Origin: Squalus acanthias
Taxonomy: Eukaryota
DNA length: 64,000 nt
Reading direction: 5' to 3'
Assembly: GCA_030390025.1 (NCBI GenBank)
Contig: CM059432.1
Coordinates: 61,816,001-61,880,000 of the forward strand
A model generated the notes under the pieces. That model ran no database searches. It had not been told where the DNA came from and saw only the letters and a list, made by a program, of their open reading frames with translations. Shown here piece after piece: positions 12,085 to 25,900 of the stretch (the first letter of the stretch is position 1; the number at the start of each line of letters is the position of its first letter). The position numbers were made by a program, and so were the translations under genes.

Positions 12085-12580
12085 CTTAAGTAGCCTTCTT
12101 GACGAAAGGCTCTCCTCTACAAAAACAGCCCACTACTCCAGAATCAACTTGGAAAGCAAAGATAACCCCCGACTTCTTTTCTCTGCTACCAGTCGTCTCC
12201 TTTAATTCCTCTCCTCTGTCTCTGCCACCCTCACCACCACAATAAATGCAAGGAGCTCATGGACTTCTTTATCACTAAGATTGATACCATCCATTCAGCT
12301 GCCTCTGCTGCTTCCCCTCTTTTCCCACTGCCTGACAACTAAAACCTTCCCTGAACACACAGCTTTCTCCTATCTGCCCTCATGCCATCTCCAAGCCTAT
12401 CTTGTCCACAATACCCACCTCCTGCTCCCTTGCTGCCATTTCCACTAACCTGCTGGTAATTTAACTTCCCTTCCTGGCTCCCGTGCTAACTGACATTGTA
12501 GATGGTTTCCTATTCTCAGGTACTATCCCTCTCCCTTTCAAAACAACCATCATCACCCTGCCTCTCCCCCCACCCCCAAC
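12085..12580 (+). mobile_element. Decayed L2 LINE fragment
   Basis: Colinear with the start of the L2 at 41760-43787 (HYSRINLESKDNPRLLFS; GAGCTCATGGACTTCTTT). Confidence 0.75.
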
Positions 12581-12859
12581 AACTTTCAAAGTAGTATCTA
12601 CTTTCTCTTTGACAGCTGGAAGGGTCCCAAGTTAAATCACTTTAGGTAGTCAGGACTGATCTCTTTGTAGGTACCAGTGTGTGGCACAAAACAGACCATA
12701 ATTTGGTACTCAATTGGCAATCTACCACAGAGAAGCTGCACTTCACAGCGAAAGGTCACACAGAAGCTGGTGTAGATAAGGGCTCTTCTGATATTGTGGT
12801 AACAACACATTGTTGGCATGGATAGCACTGTACAAAAATGTACAATTATATAGTGGAGG

Positions 12860-15420
12860 TGAATTTCCTCATCATTTTCGGTGTATTTATCATGCAGGAA
12901 CAGTGCAGGAAATTTTATAGAGCGGAAATTCAGGTGGGAGCCACTTCTGCTACTTGTACAACTTTAAAACACTTCCCCTGAGCTACTTTGTGATTTTTGA
13001 ACATTCTCGCGATCCACTTGCTGAGTCCCCACTGGCAGCATTTACTGTAAGGGGCATCACAGCAGAGGTCATCACTGAAGTTTTCTCTTCTATGGAACAC
13101 AGTCGGCCTTTGACACCACAGCCTTACTTCCTTATCCCCCTCTTTCAAATAAAGGGACAGTCCCTTGAACCCATCCTATCATATGACAACACATCAGCCC
13201 TCTTTGTTCCTACATGACCATGCCAATCATCATCACCTGAGCAAAGATGTCAGCACTGCATAAGTGCACCCTTTCTTGTATGTCATTAACCTCCATCAAT
13301 AACAAAATACCGTATCAGTGCACACTCTATTTTACGACAGCAAAATCCAAAGTGCACACAATCAACTTCCTCTTTCTTAACACTGTGCTTCTTCTGGGTG
13401 CCTTTTTTTTAACCTATTCTCATGCTTCTTCTGGGTGGTACCGGAGGGCCAGGATCGCGGGAGGTGGTTGGCTCCTCATGCTCTACAAAGGCTCATGGGC
13501 CTCGGGTGGCCTTCTTCTCAAGGCAGCTTGCTCCTGGCAGGAAAGAACTGCTGGCTGCATCTCTGGAGCATGCCCCAGGCAGCCTGGTCTCGCCTTCCAC
13601 ATTCCACTGGCATGATCCTCTGAAGTGGAAGGCCAGAGGCCGAGCATATATTGCTGTCCTGATGGCAATATCAAGCAGGTGGACTCTAGCTGTCACCATT
13701 CCACTGGGCTGACTGTGGGTCGACTGAGCAGCGGGATGGCTGATCTAATGGCCGCAATGAGATCCTGAAAGCCCTGAGACACAGCAGTCACCACAATCTG
13801 GAAGCTGCAATTCATGCTGTGCTCCATTCTGTCCCCTATTGCCTTCGGAGCTGCACTCTGTACTTCCACGGAGATGGAGGCACAGATTCGTCCCAGACCC
13901 CTCCTTACCTCGGGCTCTGCTCTAGAACGTAATGAAGCTGCCACTCGCTCCATTAGTGCCTGCAAGTAAGACAAAGCTTCCATGGTGTTGCCGCAAAGGA
14001 CAGCTTTAGACTCTATAGTCACACCTGTCAGTTGGCGCACATCCTTGGACCTCGGAGCCTGCACATAGGTGCGATGTTGCTCAAACCCATGAGTTCTGTG
14101 TCCCACAAATCCGAAGGCAGCCTTACCTTCAGCCTGTGCTGGGAAGCGGGTACATCTTCACCCACTCCCTGCTCCTCCATTCCCTTGTGCCCTTGAATCA
14201 CACGGTGCCACATCCTCACTTCCGCTATCTAATTTCCCCATGTGAAAGTCTCTGAGCTGGTGTCTCCGATAAAGGAAGCAAGTGTTACAAGTTGTTAATT
14301 GGATGGAGTTGAGGCAGAGGAAAATGGGACAGGATGAAGTAGCTGCAATTGGCGGGAGAGCTGGTCCTCATGCTTCTGATTGAAGTTTATAAGATGATGA
14401 AGGGAATAGATTGTGTTCGAGTTGACAGTTTGTTTCAATTAAATAGGCCAGAGAGGACCAGGGATCACAATTTTAAGTTGTATGAGGCCATATATAAGTT
14501 AGATGTCAGGAGGTGGTTCTTTTCCCAGAGATTGGTGCACCTCTGGAACAGGCTGCTGGCTTGTGCACTGGATGCCGATTCACTAAATTCCTGCAAGCGA
14601 GAGCTGGACCTCTTTCTGGCTGGGGCGGGATCACCTCTTACAAAAGCTAGGTACTGCAAGACCAGAGTGATCTCCTGGACTAGTTTTGATTTGCCTAGGG
14701 GGATCGGAGAGGAATTTCCCAGATTTTTCCCCCAAATTGGCCTGAGTTTTTATCTGGTTTTTCACCTCTTCCAGAAGATCACATGGTTTTCGGGTGGGGT
14801 GGAGAGTGTATATATTGTGATACACAAGGTATCACAATTGTGTGGGACAGGCTGAATGGACCAGAGGTCTTTTCCTGTCCATCGTTGTTCATATGCACAG
14901 TTACTAACCTGGTGCGGCAAGATGCTGCCGACTTTGCCATCTCCTGCATCAAGAGCTGAGTGAGTGCCCACGAGCTCCATTGCCTAGACATCGAATCAGG
15001 TGAGAAGTTTAAGGGTGGAGATTTCTCCCTCCGATCATCTGTCTTTTGTGGGTATTGTGTGCCAATTCATCCTGCAAGAAGTTAGAGTGAATGAGGGTAA
15101 GGCTGGCAGTTGAGGTATGTGTGCCAAGTGGCATGGGAGAGGTGAAGTAAGAGATGCAAGGGTTTAAATGGAGAAACAGGTTTTAGGCTTGAGCATGTAA
15201 GCAATTGTTTTGAGAAGAACTGGATAGCCAGCGTGCAAGAGGCTGAATTATTACCGCCCTTAACTAGCGTGCATTGTGAAGGATTAGTTGTGCAAATGTT
15301 GCTTTGAGGGTGAAGAGTGCTGTTACCCAGGGTGGACAAGGATGAAAAACAGGGCGTTCACATTGTGTTACCTTGCCTGCCATTAAACTTTTTGCAGCAT
15401 TGCTCTGCATTGACCAAAAG
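12860..15420. mobile_element. Old decayed Harbinger-like remnant with a nested CR1 fragment
   Basis: Minus-strand ORF 13693-14106 resembles the C-terminal region of the Myb-gene ORFs at 37382-37753 and 52200-52559. Ends are uncertain. Confidence 0.4.
14375..14895 (+). mobile_element. CR1 LINE 3' fragment
   Basis: LIEVYKMMKG...FFSQRLVHLWNRL, with the same 3' UTR as 3683-4405. Confidence 0.9.
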
Positions 15421-15995
15421 CTTAACTGGACCAGCCATATCAAGGTGGTGGTTATAAAAGCAGAGCAGCGACTGGGTACTCTGCAACAATTGGCTCCCCT
15501 CTGACCCCTCAAAGCCTCTCCAGTATCTACATGGCTTAAGTCAGGAGTGTAATAGAATACCCACCATTAGCTTTTGTACGTGCACCTGCAACAACACTCA
15601 AAAACTCAACACCATCTATGACAGAGCAGGTTACTTGATCGGCACCCTTGACATTGGACTCAATATCCACCTTGTCCAGCACTAGTGCACTGTGGCTGCA
15701 GTACGTACTATATACAGATGTACTGCAGCAGCTCACCAAGTTTACTTCAGCAGCACATCCCAGCCCCATGACCTCTACCACTGTGATGGACAACAGCAGC
15801 AACATCATAGGAACATCATCACCTCCAAGTTCCCCCCCCCCCACCACCCCACCCCCCAACTAAGTCACTCACCATCCTGTCATCGGCATATATCGCTGTT
15901 CCTTCATTGGGAATGGATCAAAATCTTGGAAATCCCTACCTAACACCATCGTGGGAACACCATCAGCATAAGGACTGTTGTGGTTCAAGCAGAAA
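15420..15995 (+). mobile_element. Decayed non-LTR retrotransposon 3' remnant (clade uncertain)
   Basis: LINE-like C-terminal remnants such as APATTLKNSTPS and IKILEIP. No intact ORF. Confidence 0.35.
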
Positions 15996-16194
15996 GCAGT
16001 TTTTAAGAGGTAGCTCTGTATTTAACGATTGAGAACTGGAACTGTCCATTGTGGAATTTTTATTATACTAACTTCTACCGTATGTTCTGGACTGCTGAGT
16101 GGGAGGGACTGGGTAAAGTGCAGAGGTCATCACTGAGTAAAGTAAATGCATTGTTCTCATTCTCCATTACTAAAGAAGCTCAATTTGAAACAAT

Positions 16195-16954
16195 GAGCCA
16201 GAAATTCAGCTTTCAGGCTTCCTGCGGGTGCAAGCATCGCGCGCGTACTTGCCTACCGCGCCTGCAGTTGTGCTTTGGGCCCACGAGCACTTCGGGTCCT
16301 GGGCCTCTCCAGCTGCCGGCATGCAATGCTTGTGTATCCCAGGGGCGCAGTTAGTTCGAAGCGTCCCCTGGGATCACGTGGGCCATGGAGAGCCAATCCT
16401 AGCAGGGCATTTTCATTCATAGATCTGACAGGAAGACCTGTCAAATCTATGAATAGAGATCAGCCCCAAAACCACACTTAAACTTCAAATAATTTATTTT
16501 TTTAAATCACATTTTTAAAATAACTAAGTTAAATAAATTAACTACTTTGAACAAAAATTTAAATTTTTGAAAAAATTCATTATACTTTGTAACGGTGCTA
16601 AAAATAAACGTACTTTTCTTTAAAGTATCTAAAAAAGATAAACCTGTTGAAAATTTTTTTAATTGTAATTAATTAACCACTTACCTTGTTAAAAACAGGC
16701 CTTGCGCCTCCTTTTTAAAAGCGCAGCTTCTTCATACTTACCTTCCCGGAGAAACCTGAAAAAAAAATCGCAGTTCGCTGCGTGCGCGCAGCCTCTCCCG
16801 CGCACGCGTTCGACTTCTGAACCCCTCCCTTCAGAGGAACGGAAGTTCCGGTTTCCCACGCATGCGCAGTGCATGCAGGAAACCGGCACTTCAAATGGCC
16901 TTACGGGTGAGTACACAGCGCGTACTCACCCGACAACAGCCGAATTTCTGGCCC
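16195..16954. mobile_element. PIF/Harbinger-type MITE, family B (diverged copy)
   Basis: TIR GAGCCAGAAATTC / GAATTTCTGGCCC, flanks AAT/ATT, AT-rich core, colinear with 32445-33208. Confidence 0.88.
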
Positions 16955-17107
16955 ATTAAGGAAGGTCAATTTAGCGAACTTGCGGTGAAGGGATGGTCCT
17001 GCTTCTCACTAAATTAATACAAAAAATAATTTTACAATGTTACCCAAAAGATATCTTCTGTGCAATTGGCATATATGTAGTAACATAATATTTTTTATTG
17101 TTTTCAG

Positions 17108-17273
17108 ACTCAGGGGGCAGGATCCCCTCGTTCTTCACCAAGTCACACTATTAGTCGATCTGTTCCTATTCCAATGCCTATCAGATCAACCTCCGCTTGC
17201 TCAACTCCGACCCATACACCTCAGGACTCGCTGACAGGGGTTGGAGGAGATGTACAGGAAGCATTTGCACAGA
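17108..17273 (+). CDS. DTNA: Alpha-dystrobrevin exon: [55 protein letters not shown]
   Basis: ttttcag acceptor, gtgagt donor, 166 nt, phase 0-1. Peptide characteristic of alpha-dystrobrevin-1. Confidence 0.97.
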
Positions 17274-17819
17274 GTGAGTCATTCTCAATATTACTGTCCG
17301 AAAAAGTAGATATTGAAGGAGAAATTGGTCCTCATTGCACCTGTTTTTTTGGTGCGAAATATATGCAGGGGGTGGAGCCAATTTCCAGGCACGATCTTCT
17401 GCGCCTCAATACCATCCCCCCCTCAGAAGTGCATCAGATGCCAAATTAGCACCTGGCAACTTCCAAGTGCCCTGGAAGTCAGCCTGAAACCGGCGTTAGG
17501 TGCCTTGAATATGCTAATCAGAGACCTAAAGCCTGTTTCAGGACCTGTTGATGCCAAATCTGGCAAAAACTGGGTGGAGCAATTTGAGAAGTTACCTGCT
17601 CTTCCAGGTCAATGGCAGCCAAACCAGTAGTCCTTAAAGGGACCGCAGAAAGCTACTTACTGAACAAGAGGTAAGTTTTTCTTATTTCACTTACCTTAAT
17701 GTGGAGCCGGGAGGAGCTCCTCTTTGCCCCACAGCAATAGTGGATGTAACATTGTCGGCTCGTGCTTCCCCAGCCACCCTCCCCCCCCCCCCCCCCCCCA
17801 CCCCCAACCTCCTGTAGGT

Positions 17820-17900
17820 AAATAAAACTGTTGGACTATAACCTGGTGTTGTGCGACTTCTCATTTTTGTCCACCCCAGTCCAACACCGGCATCTCCGCA
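17820..17900 (+). mobile_element. Penelope-like terminal-repeat fragment without the hammerhead core
   Basis: Near-identical to 9002-9080. Confidence 0.75.
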
Positions 17901-17904
17901 TCCT

Positions 17905-18270
17905 GTAGGAGAGCATTTGGGGAACAGTGATCATAATATCATCAGCTTTAGAATAGTTATGGAAAAGGACAAGGTACAATAAAGCATTAAAATACTTAAC
18001 TGGAGGAGGGCTAACTTCAGTGAGTTGAAAAGAGATCTGGCCCAGGTGGATTGGAATCAAAAATTGGTAGGCAAAACAATAATTGAACAAAGGGAGGCCT
18101 TCAAAATGGAGATGGTTTGGGTACAGAGTAGACACATTCCCATGAGGGGGAAAGGAAGGGCATCCAAAGCTAGAGCTCTCTGGATGACTAAAGATATAGA
18201 GGTTAAAATGAGACAGAGAAAGGAGACTTAGAACAATTGTATGGTTAATAATATAGTAGAGAACCAAGCT
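17905..18270 (+). mobile_element. CR1 ORF2 fragment
   Basis: GEHLGNSDHNII and KRDLAQVDWNQKL motifs. Confidence 0.8.
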
Positions 18271-18278
18271 GAATCATA

Positions 18279-19017
18279 GGGGGAAAAGTTAGGTTGGCTC
18301 GCGCCTCTCATTAGCACCCCCAGGGGGTGTTAACGGGGCGCAAATCCCCTAGCACCCAGGCGTGGCGCCGCTAACACCTCCCATGAAATTCAGTGGGAGG
18401 TTATCAGTAGCCGGTAGCGCCCCGTAATGCTGTGCCACCAGCGATGACGCCATCGACGTGCGCAGCGCCCCACTTGCACCCCGGCCACAAACTTCCCTTG
18501 CGCCTCCTGAACTATCGCCGGATGATATGTCCAACAGGATCAGGGGGTGTTATTGCAGCGGTGGCAGCGCTACTTAAAGGGCAGGTGTTGGGAGGCCATT
18601 TTTATTTTGGCCGACTGCCAGCACCTGCCCCCGTTCCCTTTTTTATGCAGGGTGCCGGCCGCGATCGCTCAGCCCAGCACTCCTCTTGAGTGCCGGGCTG
18701 TTTTCACAGCACCCCGCTCCCCGGCGGTCCAGCAGGGCCCCGGTGCGTGCAACGCTAGACCCCTCCCCTTTAATCAGGGGAGGAGACCTGTGATTACGCT
18801 ACGTGCTGCCGCGCATGTCGCTGTTGCACGTAGCGCCACGAACTTCAGTAGTAGCGCCCCAAGCAGGAGGTGGAGCGCTTTCCAGTAGTGCTCCACCTCC
18901 TGCTTGGGGCGCTACTACTGAATTTACGGTGGAGGGGCACTAACTTTTTCCGGGCGTCAAAATTAGCACCCCAGCGACGTTAGCGCTCCAAAAGGGGCGC
19001 CACCCAATTTTTCCCCC
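18279..19017. mobile_element. PIF/Harbinger-type MITE, family C
   Basis: GGGGGAAAAGTT / AATTTTTCCCCC ends and 3-bp TSD ATA. Inserted in the (CATAGAAT)n tail of a minus-strand CR1. Confidence 0.9.
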
Positions 19018-19065
19018 ATAGAATCATAGAAATTTACGGAACAAAAGGAGGCCATTTGACCCATC

Positions 19066-19515
19066 GGGCTGGATTTTGAATGACCCATGGAGTCGGGTTT
19101 GGAGGCGTGTGGGGGGTTAAATTTGCGGGGTCGGGGTTTCCGACCCCATCCCGACTCCATCCCGCCTCCACGCAATTTTGACATAATCAGTCGCGGGGTT
19201 CCCGACTCCGTCCCGCCTTCAAGAGGCGGGAGAGGCCATTAAAGCCCTTAACAAGCTCTAAATAGGCTCTGTAATGCCATTTTGAAATGCTGTAGCTAGT
19301 TTAACCCTCTTCTGACATGAAGCACGCCTGGTGTGAAACACTCCAGTGAAACCTGGCGGGAGCACAAGTGGATAGCTGACTATCGGCTGCAGGTCCACTA
19401 TTACAACGGAGATGTGATGAAGGTAGTAGTAGTAGTATTAGGTCTGAACGCCGCCTCTGATGCTGCTGCATTGAATGTCTTCAGAGACTGCCTGGGAGGA
19501 CTTGCTTGGCAAAAA

Positions 19516-19550
<35 letters not shown>

Positions 19551-19937
19551 TCTCTCCCTCTCCCCCTCTCTCTCCCTCTCTCTCTCCCTCTCTCTCTCCC
19601 TCTCTCTCTCCCTCTCTCTCTCTCTCCCTCTCTCCCTCTCCCTCTCTCCTCTGCACCACCACCCCCCATTTTTGCATCCAGGTCCACCCACATCAAAAGC
19701 CAGGCAGGTCCTCTCTCACCAACAGTCTCTGAGACTAGCCAGTCAGCAATGTTGACATCATCAGAGGCGGCTTTCAGACTGAAAACACTAATTAGTTCAT
19801 GGGTTCCCACATGCTCCAACTCAATTGCCCAATTAAGTGAAAATTGCATCAGGCATCCACATTAATCTGGAGTCGGGGGGGAAACACGAAATGCGGATTA
19901 CATGACCCCAGCCCAACCCTAAGACAAAATCCAGCCC
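19066..19937. mobile_element. PIF/Harbinger-type MITE, family D, with internal CT-rich microsatellite (about 19519-19650)
   Basis: Perfect 13-bp TIR GGGCTGGATTTTG / CAAAATCCAGCCC and 3-bp TSD ATC. Interrupts a CR1 3' tail. Confidence 0.93.
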
Positions 19938-19940
19938 ATC

Positions 19941-21032
19941 GTGTCTGTGACGGCCGAAAAAGAGCTATCCAGCCTAATTCCATTCTGCAGCTCTTGGTCC
20001 GTAGCTGCAGGTTATGGCATTTCAAGTGCATATCCATGTACTTTCTAAATGCGATGAGGGTTTCTGCCTCTCTCACTCTGTTTATCTCATCTAATATTTC
20101 TCACTCCTCCTCCTTAACTACGATGTCTGCATCGTCCCTCTCTTTTGTGAAGACAGATGCAAAGTATTCATTAAGAACCACACCCACATCTTCCACCTCC
20201 ACACACAGGTTAACTTTTTGGTCTCCAATACGCCCTACTCTTTCTTTAGTTATCCTCTTGCTCTTTATGTATTTATAAAACATCTTTGGATTTTCCTTGA
20301 TTTTACTTGCCAATATTTTTTCATGCCTCTCTTTGCTTTCCTAATTTCCTTTTTAATCTCACCCCTGCACTTTCTATACTCCTCTAGGCTTTTTGTCTTA
20401 TTCTGTATACCCCTTGACATCCAGGGGGCTCTAGATTTGGGAGTCCCACCCTTTTTCTTTGTGGAAACATATTTGCTCTGAACCCTCACTATCTCCTTGA
20501 ATGCCTCCCACTGCTCTGACACTGATTTACATTCAAGTTTCTGTTTCCAGTCCACTTTTGCTAAATTACATCTCAGCTCAGTAAAGTTGGCCCTTCCCCA
20601 GTTGAGAACTTTTACTCTTGGTCTATCTTTGTCCTTTTCCATAACTACGCTAAATCTAACTGAATTATGATCACTACCACCAAATGCTCACCCACTGATA
20701 CCCCGCCCACTTGCCCAGCTTCATTCCCTAAAACTAAGTCCAGAACTGCTCCCTCTCTTGTGAGCTTGCCACATGCTGACTAAAAAAGTTCTCCTGAATG
20801 CATTTTAAGAATTATGCACCCTCTATACCTTTTACACTGATTCTATCCCAGTTAATAATAGGGTGGTTGAAATCCCCTACTATTACTGCCCTATTGTATT
20901 TGCACTTCTCAGAAATCTGCCTACATATTTGCTCTTCTATCTCTCTCTGACTGTTTTGGGGTCTATAGTACACTCCCAGCAGTGTGATTGCCCCTTTTAT
21001 GTTCTTCAGTTCAACCCATATGGCCTCATTTG
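19941..21032 (-). mobile_element. CR1 LINE fragments (3' end and endonuclease/linker region)
   Basis: Minus-strand translations KENPKMFYKYIKSKR, LNEYFASVFTKE and VLNWGRANFTELR. Confidence 0.85.
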
Positions 21033-21035
21033 ATA

Positions 21036-21112
21036 TAAAAACAGAAAATGCTGGAAATACTCAGCAGGTCAGGCAGCATCTGTGGAGAGAGAAACAGAGT
21101 TAACGTTTCAGT
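21036..21112. mobile_element. Short fragment of a probable Penelope-like terminal repeat (second family)
   Basis: AAAACAGAAAATGCTGGAAATACTCAGCAGGTCAGGCAGCATCTGTGGAG resembles a repeat end I recall from shark genomes. Not verified. Confidence 0.4.
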
Positions 21113-21156
21113 TAAAGTTCCATTTACCTTTACCTTCATTTACCTTTCTTTAAGAC

Positions 21157-22230
21157 AGGTTGAGAAAGCAGTTAAAAAAGCACACGGGATCCTGAGGATG
21201 CTGAGGGAGGTTAAGGAGGAAATCATGGAGGTACTGGCCATAATCTTCCAATCCTCCTTAGATACGGGGGTGGTGCCAGAGAACTGGAGAATAGCAAATG
21301 TTGCACCATTGTTGAAAAAAGGGTGTAAGGATAAACCCAGCAACTACAGGCCAGTCAGTTTAACCTCAGTAGTGGGGAAGCTTTTGGAAACGATAATCAG
21401 GGACAAAGTTAACGTAGCAGATGAAATTTAACACAGAAAAGTGCGAAGTGATACATTTTTGGTAGGAAGAACGAGGAGAGGCAATATAAACTAAAAGGTA
21501 TAATTCTAAAGGGGGTGCATGAACAGAGAGACCTGGGGGTATATGTGCACAAATCGTTGAAAGTGGCAGGGCAGGTTGAGAAAGTGGTTAAAAAAGCATA
21601 CGGGATACTGGGCTTCATAAATAGAAGCGTAGAGTACAAAAGCAAGGAACTTATGATGAACCTTTATAAAACACTGGTTCGGCCTCAACTGGAGTATTGT
21701 GTCCAATTCTGGGCACCGCACTTTAGGAAAGATGTGAAGGCCTTAGAGAGGGTGCAGAAAAGATTTACGAGAATGATTCCAGGGATGAGGGACTTCAGTT
21801 TCATGGATAGACTAGAGAAGCTGGGGTTGTTCTCCTTAGAGCAGAGAAGTTTGAGAGGAGATTTGATAGAGGTATTCAAAGTCATGAGGGGTCTGGACAG
21901 AGTAGATAGAAACTGTTCCCATTGGCGGAAGTGTCAGGAACCAGAGGACACAGATTTAAGGTGATTGGCAAAAGAACCAAAGGCGACATGAGGAAAAACT
22001 TTTTTATGCAGTGAGTGGTTAGGATCTGGAATGCACTGCCTGAAAGGATGGTGGAGGCAGACTCAATCGTGACTTTCAAAAGGGAATTGGATAAGTACCT
22101 GAAGGAAAAAAATTTGCAGGGCTACAGGGAAAGGGCAGGAGAGTGGGACTAGCTGAAGTGCTCTTGCAGAGAGCCAGCACAGGCTCGACAGGCTGAATGG
22201 CCTCCTTCTGTGCTGTAACCATTCTATGAT
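21157..22230 (+). mobile_element. CR1 LINE, internally deleted 3' portion
   Basis: NYRPVSLTSVVGK, RPQLEYCVQFWAP and LRGDLIEVFK motifs; tail ATTCTATGATT. Confidence 0.9.
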
Positions 22231-22566
22231 TGATGATTCTTCTAACATATCATCGCTCCTCATAGCTGTAATTGTTTCTTTAACCAATATTGCGATGCCC
22301 CCTCCTTTTTTATCCCCCTCTCTATCTTGTCTGAAATCCCTGTAACCAGGAATGTTGAGCTGCCATTCCTGCCCGTCTTTCAGCCATGTTTCAGTCTCAG
22401 CTCATCTGCCTTATTCACTAGACTCTTTGCATTGAAGTATAGACCATTAAGCACTGCCAAACCCCTTTGTTGTCTATGTTCTAGCCTTTGTTTCCTCTGC
22501 CTTCCAAACTCACTTACTAATTTTCTGGCTTCCATTTCCAGCTATGCTTCTCTCCTTTCTGAATCT

Positions 22567-22915
22567 ACATAGAAACATAGAAGATAGGAGCAGGAGTAGG
22601 CCATTTGGCCCCTCTAGCCTACTCCGCCATTCAATGCGATCATGGCTGATCATCCAAATTCAGAACCCTGTCCCTGCTTTCTCCCCATATCCCTTGATCC
22701 CTTTAGCCTTAAGAAATATATCCAACTCCTTCTTGAATATATTTACTGAATTGGCCTCTACTGTCTTCTGTGGTAGAGAATTCCACAGGTTCACCACTCT
22801 CTGGGTGAAGAAATTCCTCCTCATTTCTGTCCTAAATGGCTTACCCCTTATCCTTAGACTGTGACCCCTGGTTCTGGACTCCCCGACCATCGGGAACATC
22901 CTTCCTGCATCTAGT
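22567..22915 (-). mobile_element. CR1 3' end, young subfamily
   Basis: Near-identical reverse complement of about 25945-26297, with (TTTCTATG)-type tail. Confidence 0.92.
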
Positions 22916-22959
22916 TCCCATCCCTCCTGCCAAGCTAGTTTAAACCTCCCGAACAGCAT

Positions 22960-25900
22960 ATAGAAAGTTCAGATGAGATCTAAAAAAGGGAATAAGAGGG
23001 GCAAAGAGAGAGTATGAGACTAGATTAGCGGCTAACATAAAAGGAAACCCAAAAGTCTTTTATAAACACATAAATAATAAAAGGGTTGTCAAAGGAAGGC
23101 TGGGGCCAATTAAGGACCTAATAGGAGATCTTATTGTGGAGGCAGAGGGCATGACTGAGGTACTAAAGGAGTACTTTGCATCTGTCTTCACTAGAGAAGA
23201 GGATGATGCCAATGTAGCAGTAAAGGAAGAGGCATTAGTGATATTGGATAGGATAAAAATAGATAAAGAGGATGTACTTAAAAGGTTGGCAGTCCTCAAA
23301 GTAAAAAACTCACCCTGTCCAGATGGGATGCATCCTAGGTTACTAAGGGAAGTAAGGGTGGAAATTGTCAAGGCTCTGGTCAAAATCTTCCAATCCTCCT
23401 TGCATAAGGGGGTAGTGTCAGAGAACTGGAGGATTGCAAATGTTACACCCCTGTTTAAAAAAGGGGAGAGGGATAAACGCGGCAACTACAAGCCAGTCAG
23501 CCTAACATAGGTGGTGGGGAACTTTTAGAGACAATAATCCGGGACAAAATTAATTGGCCTTTGGAAAAGTATGCGCGAATAAATGATAGTCAGCACGGAG
23601 TTGTTAAAGGCTAATCGTGTTTGACTAACTTGATTACGTTCTTTGGTGAAGTAACAGAGAGGGTTGCTGAGGGTAGTGCGGTTGATGTATATATGGACTT
23701 TCAAAAGGCGTTTGACAAAGTACAAACAGTAATACGGAGGTTGGGGATGGCATTAAAAGGGAAATTAGAGAAGCGTGCAATAAGAGCACAGCAGTTATCA
23801 TGGGCGACTTTAATCTACATATAGATTGGGCTAACCAAATTAGTAACAATACTGTGGAGGAGGAATTCCTGGAGTGTATACGGGATGGTTTCCTGGACCA
23901 ATATGTCGAGGAACCAACTAGAGATCAGGCCATCTTAGACTGAGTATTATGTAATGAGAAAGGATTAATTAGCAATCTTGTTGTGCGAGGCCCCTTGGGT
24001 CGGAGCGATCATAATATGATAGAATTCTTCATTAAGACGGAGAGTGAAGTAGTTGACTCAGAGACTAGGGTCCTGAATTTAAATAAAGGAAACTACGATG
24101 GTATGAGGCGCGAGTTGGGTAGGATTGATTGGGGAATGTCACTCAAAGGGTTGCCGGTGGATAGGCAATGGCAAACATTCAAAGACCGCATGAATGAACT
24201 ACAGAGTTTGTTCATCCCAGTTTGGCATAAAAATAAAACAAAAAAGGTGACTCAACCGTGGCTAACAAAGGAAATTAGGGATAGCATAAGATCCAAGGAG
24301 AGGACATATAAATTGGCCAGAAAAAGCAGAAAACCTGAGGATTGGGAGCAGTATAGAATTCAGCAAAGAAGGACAAAGGGATTAATTAAGAGGGGGAAAA
24401 TAGAGTATGAGAGTAAGCTTTCAGGGAACATAAAAACTGACTGTAAAAGCTTTTATAGATATGTGAAGAGAAAAAGATTGGTGAAGTCAAGCGTAGGTCC
24501 CTTGCAGTCAAAATCAGGGGAATTTATAATGGGGAACAAAGAAATGGCAGACCAATTAAATACATACTTTGGTTCTGTCTTCACAAAGGAGGACACAAAT
24601 AACTTCCCAGAGATGTCGGGGAACATAGGGTCTAATGAGAGGGAGGAACTGAAAGAAATCAGTATTTGTAGGGAAATAGTGTTAGGGAAATTGACGGGAT
24701 TGAAGGCTGATAAATCCCCAGGGCCTGATAATCTACATCCTAGGGTACTTAAGGAAGTGGCCCTAGAAATAGTAGATGCATTGATGGTCATCTTCCAAAA
24801 TTCTATAGACTCTGGAACAGTACCCATGGATTGGAGGGTAGCTAATGTAACCCCACTATTCAGAAAAGGTGGTAGAGAGAAAGCTGGGAATTATAGACCG
24901 GTAAGCCTGACATCGGTAGTGGGGAAAATGCTCGAGTCCATTATAAAAGATGTAATAGCAGAGCACTTGGAAAACAGTGACAGGATCGGACAAAGTCAAC
25001 ATGGATTTACAAAAGGTAAATCGTGCTTGACTAATCTACTGGAATTTTTTGAGGATGTAACTGGTAAAATAGATAAGGGAGAACCAGTGGATGTGGTAGA
25101 TTTGGACTTTCAGAAGGCTTTCGATAAGGTCCCGCATAAGAGATTAGCATGTAAAGTTAAGGCACATGGGATTGGGGGCAAGGTATTGACTTGGATAGAG
25201 AACTGGTTGGCAGACAGAAAGCAAAGAGTTGGAATAAATGGGTCTTTTTCCGAGTGGCAGGCAGTGACTAGTGGGGTACCACAGTGATCGGTCCTAGGAC
25301 CCCAGATTTCACAATATATATTAATGATCTAGACGAGGGAATTGGATGTAATATCTCCAAGTTTGCAGACGACACAAAGCTGGGTGGGAGTGTGTGCCAT
25401 GAGGAGGATGCCGAGAAACTCCAGTATGATTTGGACAGGTTGGGTGATTGGGCAGAAGCATGGCAGATGCAATATAATGTGGATAAATGCAAGGTTATCC
25501 ACTTTGGTGTCAAAAACAGGAAGGCAGATTATTATCTGAATGGCAATAGATTGGGAGAAGGGGAAGTGCAACGAGACCTGGGTGTCCTTGTGCACCAGTC
25601 GCTGAAGGTAAGCATGCAGGTGCAGCAGGCGGTTAAGAAGGCAAATGGTATGTTGGCCTTCGTAGCGAAAGGGTTTGAGTACAGGAACAAGGATGTCTTG
25701 CTGCAGTTGTACAGGGCCTTGGTGAGACCACATCTTGAGTATTGTGTGCAGTTTTGGTCGCCTTATCTGAGAAAGGATGTTCTTGCCATGGAGGGAGTGC
25801 GGCGAAGATTCACCAGGCTGATACCTGGGATGGCAGGAATGACGTATGAGGAGAGATTGGGTCAATTGGGCTTATACTCGCTGGAGTTTAGAAGAATGAG

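Noticed and set aside
19333..19865. ORFs with SLSLSL, ERERER or GRERGR runs
   Set aside because: They are translations of a CT-rich microsatellite inside MITE D.
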